NCBI GenBank assembly: GCA_000934665.2
Contig: KZ538725.1
Span: forward strand, 1 to 51,169
DNA length: 51,169 nucleotides
DNA from: Catajapyx aquilonaris
Lineage: Eukaryota
Direction of reading: 5' to 3'
The notes under the pieces were generated by a model, which had not been told where the DNA came from, did not search any database, and saw only the letters and a program-made list of their open reading frames with translations. Positions 14,803-24,364 of the stretch are shown piece by piece (positions within the stretch are counted from its first letter, which is position 1; each line of letters starts with the position of its first letter). The position numbers and the translations under genes are program-made.

Positions 14803-15424
14803 TTCCGGGAACAGCCACCAATAGCAAAGAGAGGCCGAAAAAAGGCGGAAGTTCCCAGAAGGCTCCTCTTTCAACCACAGTGTAGGCCGAGTTCTTAGAT
14901 ACGCTTTAAGCTCCACTATTTCGAACAGGCACATATGATGGCCATTCTAGGAACGGACATTCCAAACATACTTAACCAATTAGGAGCAAATTAGACACGG
15001 AAGGATCTCCACTATTTACATGCTTAAAAAAAGAGTCACATGGTCTCCTGAACTAAATTTCCACGATTCCTGCTGAATCTTGGCTGCAACAGTATAAAAT
15101 CGATTCAGCCAAGAGTGATGTCAGAGGACGACCCCAGCCAGCTTGGTATATACTATATAAAAAAAAGTGAGAATCCCTTAGCTCAAGAGACCTCCAATTG
15201 ACATACTTCAGCAGGATGAACATGAGATGAATGGAGGTTAGGGTCCTCTTTTCCTGGAATGTTCCGACATTTATTTTGTCATCATAGAAGGATGGGTGCT
15301 GAGGTAATTTGGGCACAAGAGTTATTAAAGAGAAGGGGGGTATTCTATAATTAGTGAGTCTGGGCTTTGCTCTATATTTGGGGTCATGAGTAAGGGGTGG
15401 GTAGGGAGGGCTTTTTTCATGGAA
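14803..15424. promoter_or_regulatory. Upstream cluster of STAT (GAS-type) sites
   Basis: TTCCGGGAA 14803, TTCCCAGAA 14852, TTCTAGGAA 14945, TTCCTGGAA 15251 and TTCATGGAA 15416: five sites in about 620 bp upstream of a SOCS gene. Confidence 0.7.
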
Positions 15425-15657
15425 AGGGGTCGTTTACACAACTGGTCACGACAGGTTTTTCTGAGTGTGCGAGACTCATCTTGGGCGTCAACCTTTCTGC
15501 GCGAAATAAGGTTTGCTCACCTAATCTTCCCGCCATCGTTTAAAAAAAATTTTTTTTTAAATAGCTCAATTGGTTTTTTTTAAGGCCCGTGAGATAATAA
15601 CCCAACCCATTGAGTGGGAAGCCGTAAGCTGTTCATTTTCTCACTAAGTGTAATCTG

Positions 15658-16008
15658 CAAATATGACAAAAATTAAGCAACTTCTGGATTTAGTAATAGT
15701 TTTTTTGCTGATGTTTTGGGCCTAAAGTAGTATAACTATTTAATAGTTATACTACTTTAGGCCGAAAACATCAGCAAAAAAACTGTTACTAAATCCAGAA
15801 GTCGCTTAATTTTATTATTTTATTATTTTATTATTTTATTATTTTAAATTATTTAAATTAAGCGACTTCTGGATTTAGTCACAGTTTTTTTGCTGATGTT
15901 TCGGGCCTAAAGGAGTATAACTATTTAATTGTTATACTACTTTAGGCCGAAAACGTCAGCAAAAAACTGTTACTAAATCCAGAAGTCGCTTAATTGTTGT
16001 CATATTTG
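15658..16008. repeat. Double palindrome (four alternating copies of a roughly 70-bp arm), probably MITE-derived
   Basis: The arm AATTAAGCGACTTCTGGATTTAGT...GGCCTAAAGTAGTATAAC occurs as F-R-F-R, with outer termini CAAATATGACAA / TTGTCATATTTG and a (TTTTA)n spacer in the middle. Confidence 0.9.
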
Positions 16009-16666
16009 TTTATTTATTTTATGAGTATGGTTATTTCATGAGTCCGTGGTGTATACAGTGCTTCAGTGTATGTGGCCATTTTTCACTTTATACGCACTCA
16101 ACTACATAAAATATCATGCAGATTTTGCACAATTTATTGCTGCAACCAGAAAGTTAGTATACAGGACTCGGCTTTTAAAAAATAACGAACTGATTAAAAA
16201 CCCTTGCGTGACATTATAGTCACGGATCATATTTTGCAGAGTAATATTCCGCCACTGAGAGAATTTTATAAAAATATGTTACATATAAACAGTTGCTTAA
16301 CACAAAAATACAGCCGCTGTAAAATATTTTAAACAATCAATTTGCGAAAAAAATGTCGCACTTTTTTGTCTTTTTGCGCAATACTAATTATACAATTTGG
16401 ACCTGGAACTATAGATAAAAATACACCACCTCATTAATACCAGGTCCAAAATTGTACACTACAGTTAGACAGTCAGCTAGGATATTAACCCGCGAACCCA
16501 AAATAGTTTTCCTACGAAGAAGCTCCAGAATGTTTAATGCCATTTCCAGAAAACGCCCGGCAACATCATTTAACTTTAAACAAAATCCCCCCCCCCCGCC
16601 CTTCAAAAATGTAATTAAACCCAACAATAAAATTCCACCTCTACTACATAATAATCCGTACAGTAC

Positions 16667-16748
16667 NNNNNNNNNNNNNNNNNNNNNNNNNNNNNNNNNN
16701 NNNNNNNNNNNNNNNNNNNNNNNNNNNNNNNNNNNNNNNNNNNNNNNN
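16667..16748. other. Assembly gap in the proximal promoter region
   Basis: Run of N adjacent to a poly-C tract. Confidence 0.99.
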
Positions 16749-16937
16749 ACCCCCCCCCCCCGCCCCCCTCACCCCATAGCAGCAACCAACCCTACAACTT
16801 TCCCCTTGCCCTTCGAGTCTCATCAAGACTCCAGCCAGTCGGCCGCTTGCCACCATAGAGTTCGGTTGCAATTTTACATTACACAGCTAGTCATCTGTGC
16901 AGGACAGTCACGTGTAACACATCAAATAAGTGTTAGT

Positions 16938-17013
16938 TCAGTTCAGAAGTTAACACTGGTGCTGGATACAGTTTTTTACTCATCGGAATTTCAGTGCGTG
17001 CTACAAGGACAAG
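16938..17013 (+). other. Probable non-coding first exon of the SOCS gene (5' boundary uncertain)
   Basis: Initiator-like TCAGTT at 16938-16943 and splice donor AAG|GTAAAT at 17013/17014, upstream of an acceptor just before the CDS. Confidence 0.5.
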
Positions 17014-17891
17014 GTAAATTGGATTACTTTTTTAAAAAATTATTTGAACGTATTTGTACGGTATTTTGGTGAAATGTAGGTAATCTAGGCTGAAATTTTG
17101 CGAAGTGCATGATATCGATTGTTGCCGCTCGCTAAATGTTAGCCCGTTCTCCGTCTCTTGCCCAAATGGCGCAAGGTGCTCAGACCGGTTTTTAGTCGAT
17201 TTTGGAACTATTTAAAAAATTGTACATCTGCTTAATGTTCCATAGGCGGAATGTGATAGGTTGTATGAACGTGGCAAAAAAAAGGTGAAAACAGCTGCTG
17301 AATTAATCGAATAAAAGGGGCAACGACAGACCTGTATTCTTGGGAGGTGTGTCGCATACGAGGTCTCACGAAAGCTCTATTCATTCAATGGTCGTGCTTT
17401 GCATGAAAGAATAGCCTATTAACAGGCCCATATAACGGTGCACGTAAGGTAAGGTCCTGGTCATTTTGAGAAAGTTATGGCTGAAAGGGCATTGGATTTT
17501 TTTTTTGTTTAAATTTAAAAAAGGACCTCTTGCTTGTTTGCAGTTTTAGGAAATTTTAATGTAGGCCACAAGCTATGGCTATCCAGAGTGAAAGTTGGCG
17601 CGGGTTTCACAGTGATTGTCTCTTTCTGCTGAAGATGATTCAGGCCAGTAACCTCACAGTTTTTTTTTGTACTTCTGGAAACAGGAAAGGACAAAAAAAA
17701 AAAAACAGTTGAGTTTTCTGTGAAGCCCTACCTTTTACGACTATTCTGTGAATCAGAAAACTCGTCCCACTAGTGTCAAACCATATCTGTCAGCGGTACA
17801 GAACTAGCCGATTTCGCATGAAAATGATAAGCAATGTTGATAAGATAGAATTCCGACAACTGACCATGTATCTTTCATATCACTTTTGTAG
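17014..17891 (+). other. Probable 5'-UTR intron of the SOCS gene
   Basis: GT donor at 17014. Acceptor TCTTTCATATCACTTTTGTAG|G ends at 17891, with branch-like CTGAC upstream, 66 nt before the ATG. Confidence 0.55.
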
Positions 17892-17918
17892 GACTCAAGA
17901 CGACACGTGTGACCTAGC

Positions 17919-17945
17919 ATGGCAGTGAGCACCTAGATGTCCTAA
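17919..17945 (+). promoter_or_regulatory. Two back-to-back uORFs (MAVST*, MS*) in the SOCS 5' UTR
   Basis: ATG GCA GTG AGC ACC TAG ATG TCC TAA, in frame with the main ORF and ending 12 nt before the ATG at 17958. Confidence 0.7.
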
Positions 17946-17957
17946 GAAGTAGCGACA

Positions 17958-19004
17958 ATGTTGCAGATGCCAGTGACGTGTCCCAAGTGTTACCACAGTT
18001 TTCCGGCCAATAGCCGGCAGAGCTGCCAGCAAACTGACCTGTGCCCATGTCAAATCCCCATGCTGGACACTGTACCATCCACCGCCAATGGCGTCGACAA
18101 TCAGTGGAATGGTGCTAGTGCAAGTGGAACCATGCGAACCAGGTGCACCCTGACAATCTCAACTCAGGGCCAATCCGGATTCCCATCCAATGTGTGGGTC
18201 CGATGCGACTCCGGAGGCACGCTCCTTCAGGCGTCCATCGACGGCGCAGCACGAGGCAAGGAGGAAGATGGCGGCCGTCACCTGACACTAGGTCTAGATG
18301 TGCGACCGTCACTGGAGCCGCCAGACACCAATCAGCAATCCACCGTGCCATCTCCGTCCGTTCCCTTCTCCTTCTCTATTCCGGACACTGTCCCACAGGA
18401 AGACTACCTCAAAAGGCTGCTCCTGATGGGCACCTGCACCAGCAAGGATGATTACCCTGGCGACCTGGAGCGTCTGAAGAAGACCAAATCCACTCTGGCC
18501 ACGTCTGGCTTCTACTACGATGGCCTCTCATGGCAAGAGGCTGCTAGGCTATTGAAGACCACACCTGTTGGCACCTTCCTGATCCGGGACTCATCTGACC
18601 CAAGGTTCCTGTACTCGCTGTCGGTACAGACAGAGCGGGGACCGACTTCGGTCAGGATCCACTACCATCGAGGACGCTTCCGACTTGATGCGGAGGAACG
18701 GATTGCTCACCTGATGCCACTCTTCGACTCTGTGGTGGGCCTGGTGGACCACTACGCACAGCAAGGGAGGGCCAACCGGAGGGCCATCCAGGCCAAAGGT
18801 CAAGGCCAAGTCTGGGTGGACGGCAGCGGTAAGATGTACTCTCCCATCCGGCTGGACCGTCCTCTTCGACGCTCGGTCCTGTCCTTGCAGCACCTCTGCT
18901 GCTTGACCATAAACCAGTCCATTCGCAGTAAAGAGCACCTGTCCAAGCTGCCTTTACCAGACGCCATCGGGAATTATCTCACCTCATATCCGTACCGTAT
19001 TTAA
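17958..19004 (+). CDS. SOCS2: Suppressor of cytokine signalling, SOCS2/CISH-like (348 aa; ESS helix, SH2 domain about 18510-18755, C-terminal SOCS box about 18876-19001)
   Basis: Only long ORF in the window, GC-rich. SH2 signature GFYY..LSWQEA..LL...PVGTFLIRDSSDPRFLYSLSVQTERGPTSVRIHY..G.FRLD is typical of SOCS2/CISH. SOCS box SLQHLC...LPLP..I.NYL..YP at the C-terminus. SOCS2 versus CISH orthology cannot be resolved without a phylogeny. Confidence 0.95.
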   Translation: MLQMPVTCPKCYHSFPANSRQSCQQTDLCPCQIPMLDTVPSTANGVDNQWNGASASGTMRTRCTLTISTQGQSGFPSNVWVRCDSGGTLLQASIDGAARGKEEDGGRHLTLGLDVRPSLEPPDTNQQSTVPSPSVPFSFSIPDTVPQEDYLKRLLLMGTCTSKDDYPGDLERLKKTKSTLATSGFYYDGLSWQEAARLLKTTPVGTFLIRDSSDPRFLYSLSVQTERGPTSVRIHYHRGRFRLDAEERIAHLMPLFDSVVGLVDHYAQQGRANRRAIQAKGQGQVWVDGSGKMYSPIRLDRPLRRSVLSLQHLCCLTINQSIRSKEHLSKLPLPDAIGNYLTSYPYRI

Positions 19005-19377
19005 AAAGGGAGTATCTTGAACTGTATAAAAATGGAGGGGGGGGGGGACCGCGATGACATGACATGTGCTACTGATGGTCCGATGTCACATTATGTCATA
19101 GGGTCGCGGTGTGTTTTTTGTATGTTCAAACCGATGTTTGGATGAGGGACCATGGAGCTCAGTATTAATGTTGTGAATGATAGTCCGCGGCCGCTTATCG
19201 TCAGATCTCGGCTGCAAAAGGAAAAGTTGAAGGGCATTCATAAGGCTGCTTCTCTTTTCTAAAGCTTAAAGGGACAAAATTTTTTTTTTACAAACAGCCA
19301 TTCATAGTTCGTTAAAGCGGTAGAGGACACACACAAAAAAAACACACACCCACACGATGGAATGATTATGTCAGTGT

Positions 19378-20629
19378 TTCCATGAATTACCCTTCAATTA
19401 ATATCCACGGAGTTTCTTGCGTGTTGCGCTCGTCTTGCTGGGAATTGTTTCACGAAAAGGTGGGGGATTGGCGGTGGCTAATCTCTTAAACACTCGTCAT
19501 TCGGATTCCTCGTTACCAGTGTAAAACGACACGCACGTTCATTGGGTGTGAAGTTGGTTTTTTTTTTTTTTTTAAACCAAAATTTGATACCAATCTTGGC
19601 ATATAGTCTACACCTTTTCTAAACAAAACTCCCGTCTCTTTAAATGGCAGAGAGATTGCTCCTTCCCAGAACTTAATCAAAGTCGTTGCTTCACATAAAT
19701 GAGGCGGGGTCAGAAACACGACCTTTGGCTTATCGACGTCAAAGCCCCGCTCGGGTGGGGGGNNNNNNNNNNNNNNNNNNNNNNNGGGGGGGGAGAAAAG
19801 AAAACGTTACGCGTACACACACGACCAGTTCCTAGAAATATATGCATACGCAGCAAATGGTGGGCACTCCTACTTCTTAGAGGATATGCTTTCCTAGAAC
19901 CAGGCCTATTATCATGTGATTTAAAATAATAAGAAGGTGCCATTTAAAAAAAAGTAGTTTAACCCCCTGTTGGTATTGTACACATCCGTTCGGTCAATGG
20001 GAGGGTTTTTAAAAAAAAGAGGGGTTGGGGGTCAGCTGGTAGTTCATGCATGCAGTGCTATCAGACTACGAGTCACGGTAGCTGCCTTTTAGGCTCGAGA
20101 TACAAATCGAGGGCACAAAAATGAATGAAACTGGGCATGAATGCAATTTAAACTTTTTTTCTTTCTTTTTTTTTTGTAAACGTGCTCAAAAAGAATGACG
20201 TATGTAGTGGATCCGCCTGAGGTTTCTGGGAAACGATGTGGAGTTTGCGGAATACCGATGTTGCCAATGTTGTGTCTGGGTGACCTCGGTACGTGTGGAT
20301 TGGGGTACTTTCCGGGAACTGGTCCGTTTTGCTAAGGATCTTTTGCCCGGAGGGGGCGCTCATTTTGTGTGCAAATTTATTGTTAGTGTCGTCACGTCTT
20401 ACGTAAGCGGATTTATGTAAGGGAACATATGTGAGGTATGTCCTTGAGCGTGTAGGGGTGCGTGACCATACGGGGAGTGGGGAGCCTCTGAGAAGTGGCA
20501 ACTGTTCTGGTCAGGGTCGAATGCCCACTATTTCGTTCAGAGAAAAGCAGAAGGAAGCGCGCAGAAAAAAAACAAAAAAAAAACAATGCGTGCCCACTGC
20601 CCTCTTTCAATGGAGCCAGTTTCCGAGAA
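19378..20629. promoter_or_regulatory. Downstream/3'-UTR cluster of STAT sites
   Basis: TTC(N3)GAA at 19378, 19663, 19829, 19891, 20224, 20310, 20536 and 20621. Confidence 0.65.
19763..19785. other. Assembly gap inside a poly-G tract
   Basis: Run of N flanked by G runs. Confidence 0.99.
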
Positions 20630-20951
20630 TGGGCTTCCAACATGGCGTCAGGTCATCTCTGCCTGTGTGACCAAAATCTCTCTGCCATTTTAGAAACCGG
20701 TTTTATTTTGCTTTTCAAAGATTAGCCACCAGCAGGTTTCCCAAAAGAAATTCTGGGGACAAAGCGCCATTTGTACATTTTCTTTTCTTTTTTTTGTTTG
20801 GAATCTCACAATATGGCGCTTCCAGTAAATGGCCAAAAGAATGGGTATTAAGTGTTTCTATGTGACCCTTTGTTGTGGAAAATTGATGTTAAGTAGTCAA
20901 CCTGTTGTTTTTTTTTGTTGTCCGAAATGTGACTATTGCTGCTGAAAATTA

Positions 20952-21029
20952 GTTCCTGTAGCTTAGTGGCAGAGCAAATGCTCGTCGTTAGATGAGCATA
21001 AGACTCAGGTTCGATTCCTGACGGGGACG
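20952..21029 (+). ncRNA. tRNA-like element (tRNA pseudogene or SINE head) with abnormal anticodon arm
   Basis: Acceptor stem GTTCCTG/CGGGGAC, A-box TAGCTTAGTGG, D-stem GCTT/GAGC, T-arm TCAGG-TTCGATT-CCTGA with B-box GGTTCGATTCC. The anticodon arm is over-long and there is no oligo-T terminator directly downstream. Confidence 0.7.
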
Positions 21030-21458
21030 ATCTAAAGGTAGCTTTAAGTCGCTTTGATTTGTGTCATTAACTAAATGGATATGGTTGGCTACTACAAGAA
21101 ACCGCCAAATCGATGTCAATCGTTGTCATTCTGAATGGATCAATGTCCGCTTTTTATGGGGTCTCAATATTTGTTTTAAGGGAAGAAAGGGTGATTCTTG
21201 CCCGTCCACAATTTAAAAAATGGAACTGAACAGTTCTATAATGCGCTGAGAGTCTATCTGTAGTAACGTGTATGAAAAAAAATCATGGTGTTGAATGTCC
21301 CTGGAGAAGAATATATATTGCAGTGTTAATTCGTGTCTGTCTGTACTGATGACCAGAAGCTAATCAGAACGATTACTGTATGAGATTGGTAGCCGTTAAG
21401 AAGAACGCATGTGCGACATGTCCATGAATGTCAAGTCTTTGTACAATGAACGTAACTT

Positions 21459-21464
21459 ATTAAA
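21459..21464 (+). terminator. Candidate polyadenylation signal (ATTAAA) for the SOCS mRNA
   Basis: ATTAAA followed by T/GT-rich sequence. AATAAA alternatives occur near 22147 and 22600. Confidence 0.3.
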
Positions 21465-24335
21465 AATATTTATTGCTATTTCTTGTATCCGTTATTTCTG
21501 TGATATACGAAAGTTAATTTTAGTCCCCCAGAGCCCTTGTTTTTATCAGACTGATTACACTAGTGACATTCGCAATATTGACTGGTTGCAATATTCACGG
21601 GACCAGTACTGAGAAACAGGCTACAAAAGCTCGTGAACATTTGTACTATTCATGAAAAAGTCTATTTATGCGGCCTACTGGGAGGCGAAGTTCGTTTCAT
21701 TTTTCCCAGAAGTGATTTGGCCGACGTTGAAACACTATTCTCAACACTGCTAAGGCGTAAATTTAGACCAAGTTTATTTCCGAGATTCTGCATGGAGGTT
21801 GTTGCTCTATGATCGACTCTTGAGTAATAAAATTCCAAATTACGACATATGCCACCATTTACAGATGGAAGCCAACTTCTAAATATAGATTGGCGTCTTG
21901 AAGCTGATTTGAAGATGATCATCGCTACAGGTACGTATTTATGACGTAGATATGACATAGCCGGTAATGTTAGATAAGTCAGGTGCACGTAGGTATAACG
22001 TGGCAGTATATTGAGGCCGATCCGAATCTTAAGTGCTGCTTCCTGTAACTAGTGTACGTGAGCGATTTCCGAGCTCTTCTCGGAAGCGGGGCGACATATA
22101 TAATGGTGATTTCTAGGCATCAACAAGGTTCGAGCCCTTGTGTCTGAATAAAATATGAATGACTGGGTTGCCATGTCACTGGCCTCGTTCCCTTTGCTAG
22201 GTTCTGATGAGGAAATGGGTAATATCTGCAAGATGTGACAAAACTCCTGAGTGGGCGCTTTTACTGTATACGATATCAATCAAGTTCTCAGACTTAATTC
22301 CAGGTATGGGATGGGGTAATCTTGTGATGTTGTAATACAGAAGTAGGAATATGGATTTTTGATTCGTGGGCTATATATACGATTCTTCACGGAACACTGT
22401 AAAATACCGGTATGACGTGGGACAAGGGCATCAGCTATTAGGGAAGGATAACAATTAGGCATATGCTTCAAGCTTCGAGGTTATTTAAATTGGGTTCAGT
22501 TAGGAATTCACTGATCGATGTGACTTGCTTTTATAGGTTTGTTTGGGTATTTGTTAATGGTGTTGAATTTTGAGCGCTCTCAAATGACTATTTGGAGAAA
22601 ATAAACGTCACGATTGAAATTTACAGACCTGTTAAGAAGTTGCTGCCCTAATTACCGTCCTACCGAAAAGGTACATCTGCATACGTTAAAGATAATTCGA
22701 ATGACGTTATAATTGGATTATCACATTTCTGTAGTATAGTGCTACTTAATTTTCAGGATTGATAGCGGCCTAATAAGTTATTCCAGGAACCCATAAGTTT
22801 TGAAGCAATAACATATTAGTAAGTATAGCAGTAAGGGCTTCTCGCGGGCACACATCTGTCGTGATGTGACTGATTGATTGTTTTAATATTTTATTGCATT
22901 ATTCTGGTCCGTTGTCATTTTCCACTTTCCCAGGGCCGTTTGCCCCACTCTTAAATCACTGGGGTCAACCGCCTCAGGTCCATCACAGGTCTCCTATTCT
23001 CACAATCCCCTTCTGCCTTTTTGAGGGGTGGGTCATAGGTTTATGGTTGCTGATTGCCCAAGGATAAGTATCCTGGAAGTTCCCATAATGCGCTATAAAT
23101 GATATCGGAGGTAAATCTGATGGTAGCACTTCCCATGATATAACAGAGATGGTACTAGAGGTTAGGGAGTATTTTATTTGCCCAAATCTCTTCAAAAAGA
23201 GGGTCCCATGCAAAAATGAGGAGCTTTGGGACTTCTCCCTGGAATTTCAGCTAATCAGCTATCATCGTGCCAATTTTAAGCATCCAGTCTGGAAGTGGGT
23301 TAGAATTTCCGGACATGGCATGCATTTTCTGCTTTATACAGCGATGATGCGTGACGGTGTCGTTAATACTTACTTGATGCATACAGTATGTTACGGTAAT
23401 GAATTAACCATGCTGTAACTCAGTTTACACTACAGTAATTGCAGAAAGTTTCAACAAAGTTAGCTCTCATTGTACGAAATTCATCATTTATAAACATTTG
23501 TCTTCGTGCTTCACAAAATTACTGCAGGACAACGTGTCATTACTGCAATAAGATATTATTCCGGAGAATGATTTTTAGTCACGACAGCTACGGTATGTAA
23601 AGCGAAATATTGAACAGGAATATCGATTGCCGTTTAACCCACAGCACTTTTAATTGAAGGAGCGACTTAATTATGGAAGAAAATATCCAAATGTAATTAT
23701 AACTTGCAAGCTAGATAATGTTTGCCCGCGTTTTTCATGTTGTGTCGAGCGAGGCCGGGGATATTCGCCCAAGGGCACAAAGTCCTCTTGGCCCATATTT
23801 AGCTCTTGTCTAAATTTAAAGCGCCAAGAGGTCCCAAGTGCGAAGAGAAATTCCGGACAGGTCTCCCGTGAGAGACAAACAACTTTCGAGTTTCTACGAA
23901 AAGATTGTATTAGAATAGACTTTCGTTGCTTAACATGCGCTCGAAATAATATTGGAGCAGTTCTATGGTATATCAGTGCTCATGTGCGTGTATGTGGGCT
24001 ACAGAAGTTCACGTGAAATAATCCGTAACTGACAAAGAAGAACCTACCGTATATTATATTTATTATTGTAGAAGTGCACATGAGTACAGTCGAGAGTACG
24101 TAGAGTACAGTGTGTATACGGTACTGTACATACTGCAGAATGTGAAAAATATCAACATGAAATATGTTATTACATTAACAATGGCATTTAAAACTTGAGA
24201 AATCAAACATTGCCGATTCGTACCAAGTCTGGGTTATTGCATTAAAAGAACCACTAGGTTGGATTTTACGGTACTGGCGAGAGATGTAGACCTATCTCCC
24301 TCCAAATCCCTAGAGTGGAACAGTAAACAACAAAT

Positions 24336-24364
24336 GAACGAACGAACGAACGAACGAATAAATA
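24336..24364. repeat. (GAAC)n/(AAAT)n short microsatellite
   Basis: GAAC x5, then GAATAAATA. Confidence 0.85.

Noticed and set aside
16452..17072. 206-aa ORF upstream of SOCS
   Set aside because: It spans an N gap and poly-C tracts, has a non-ATG start, and crosses the likely promoter and splice donor.
18115..18938. Overlapping and antisense ORFs within the SOCS CDS
   Set aside because: Expected by-products of GC-rich coding sequence; no recognisable domains.
19005..21464. AU-rich destabilising element cluster in the SOCS 3' UTR
   Set aside because: Only scattered single ATTTA pentamers were seen, with no overlapping cluster.
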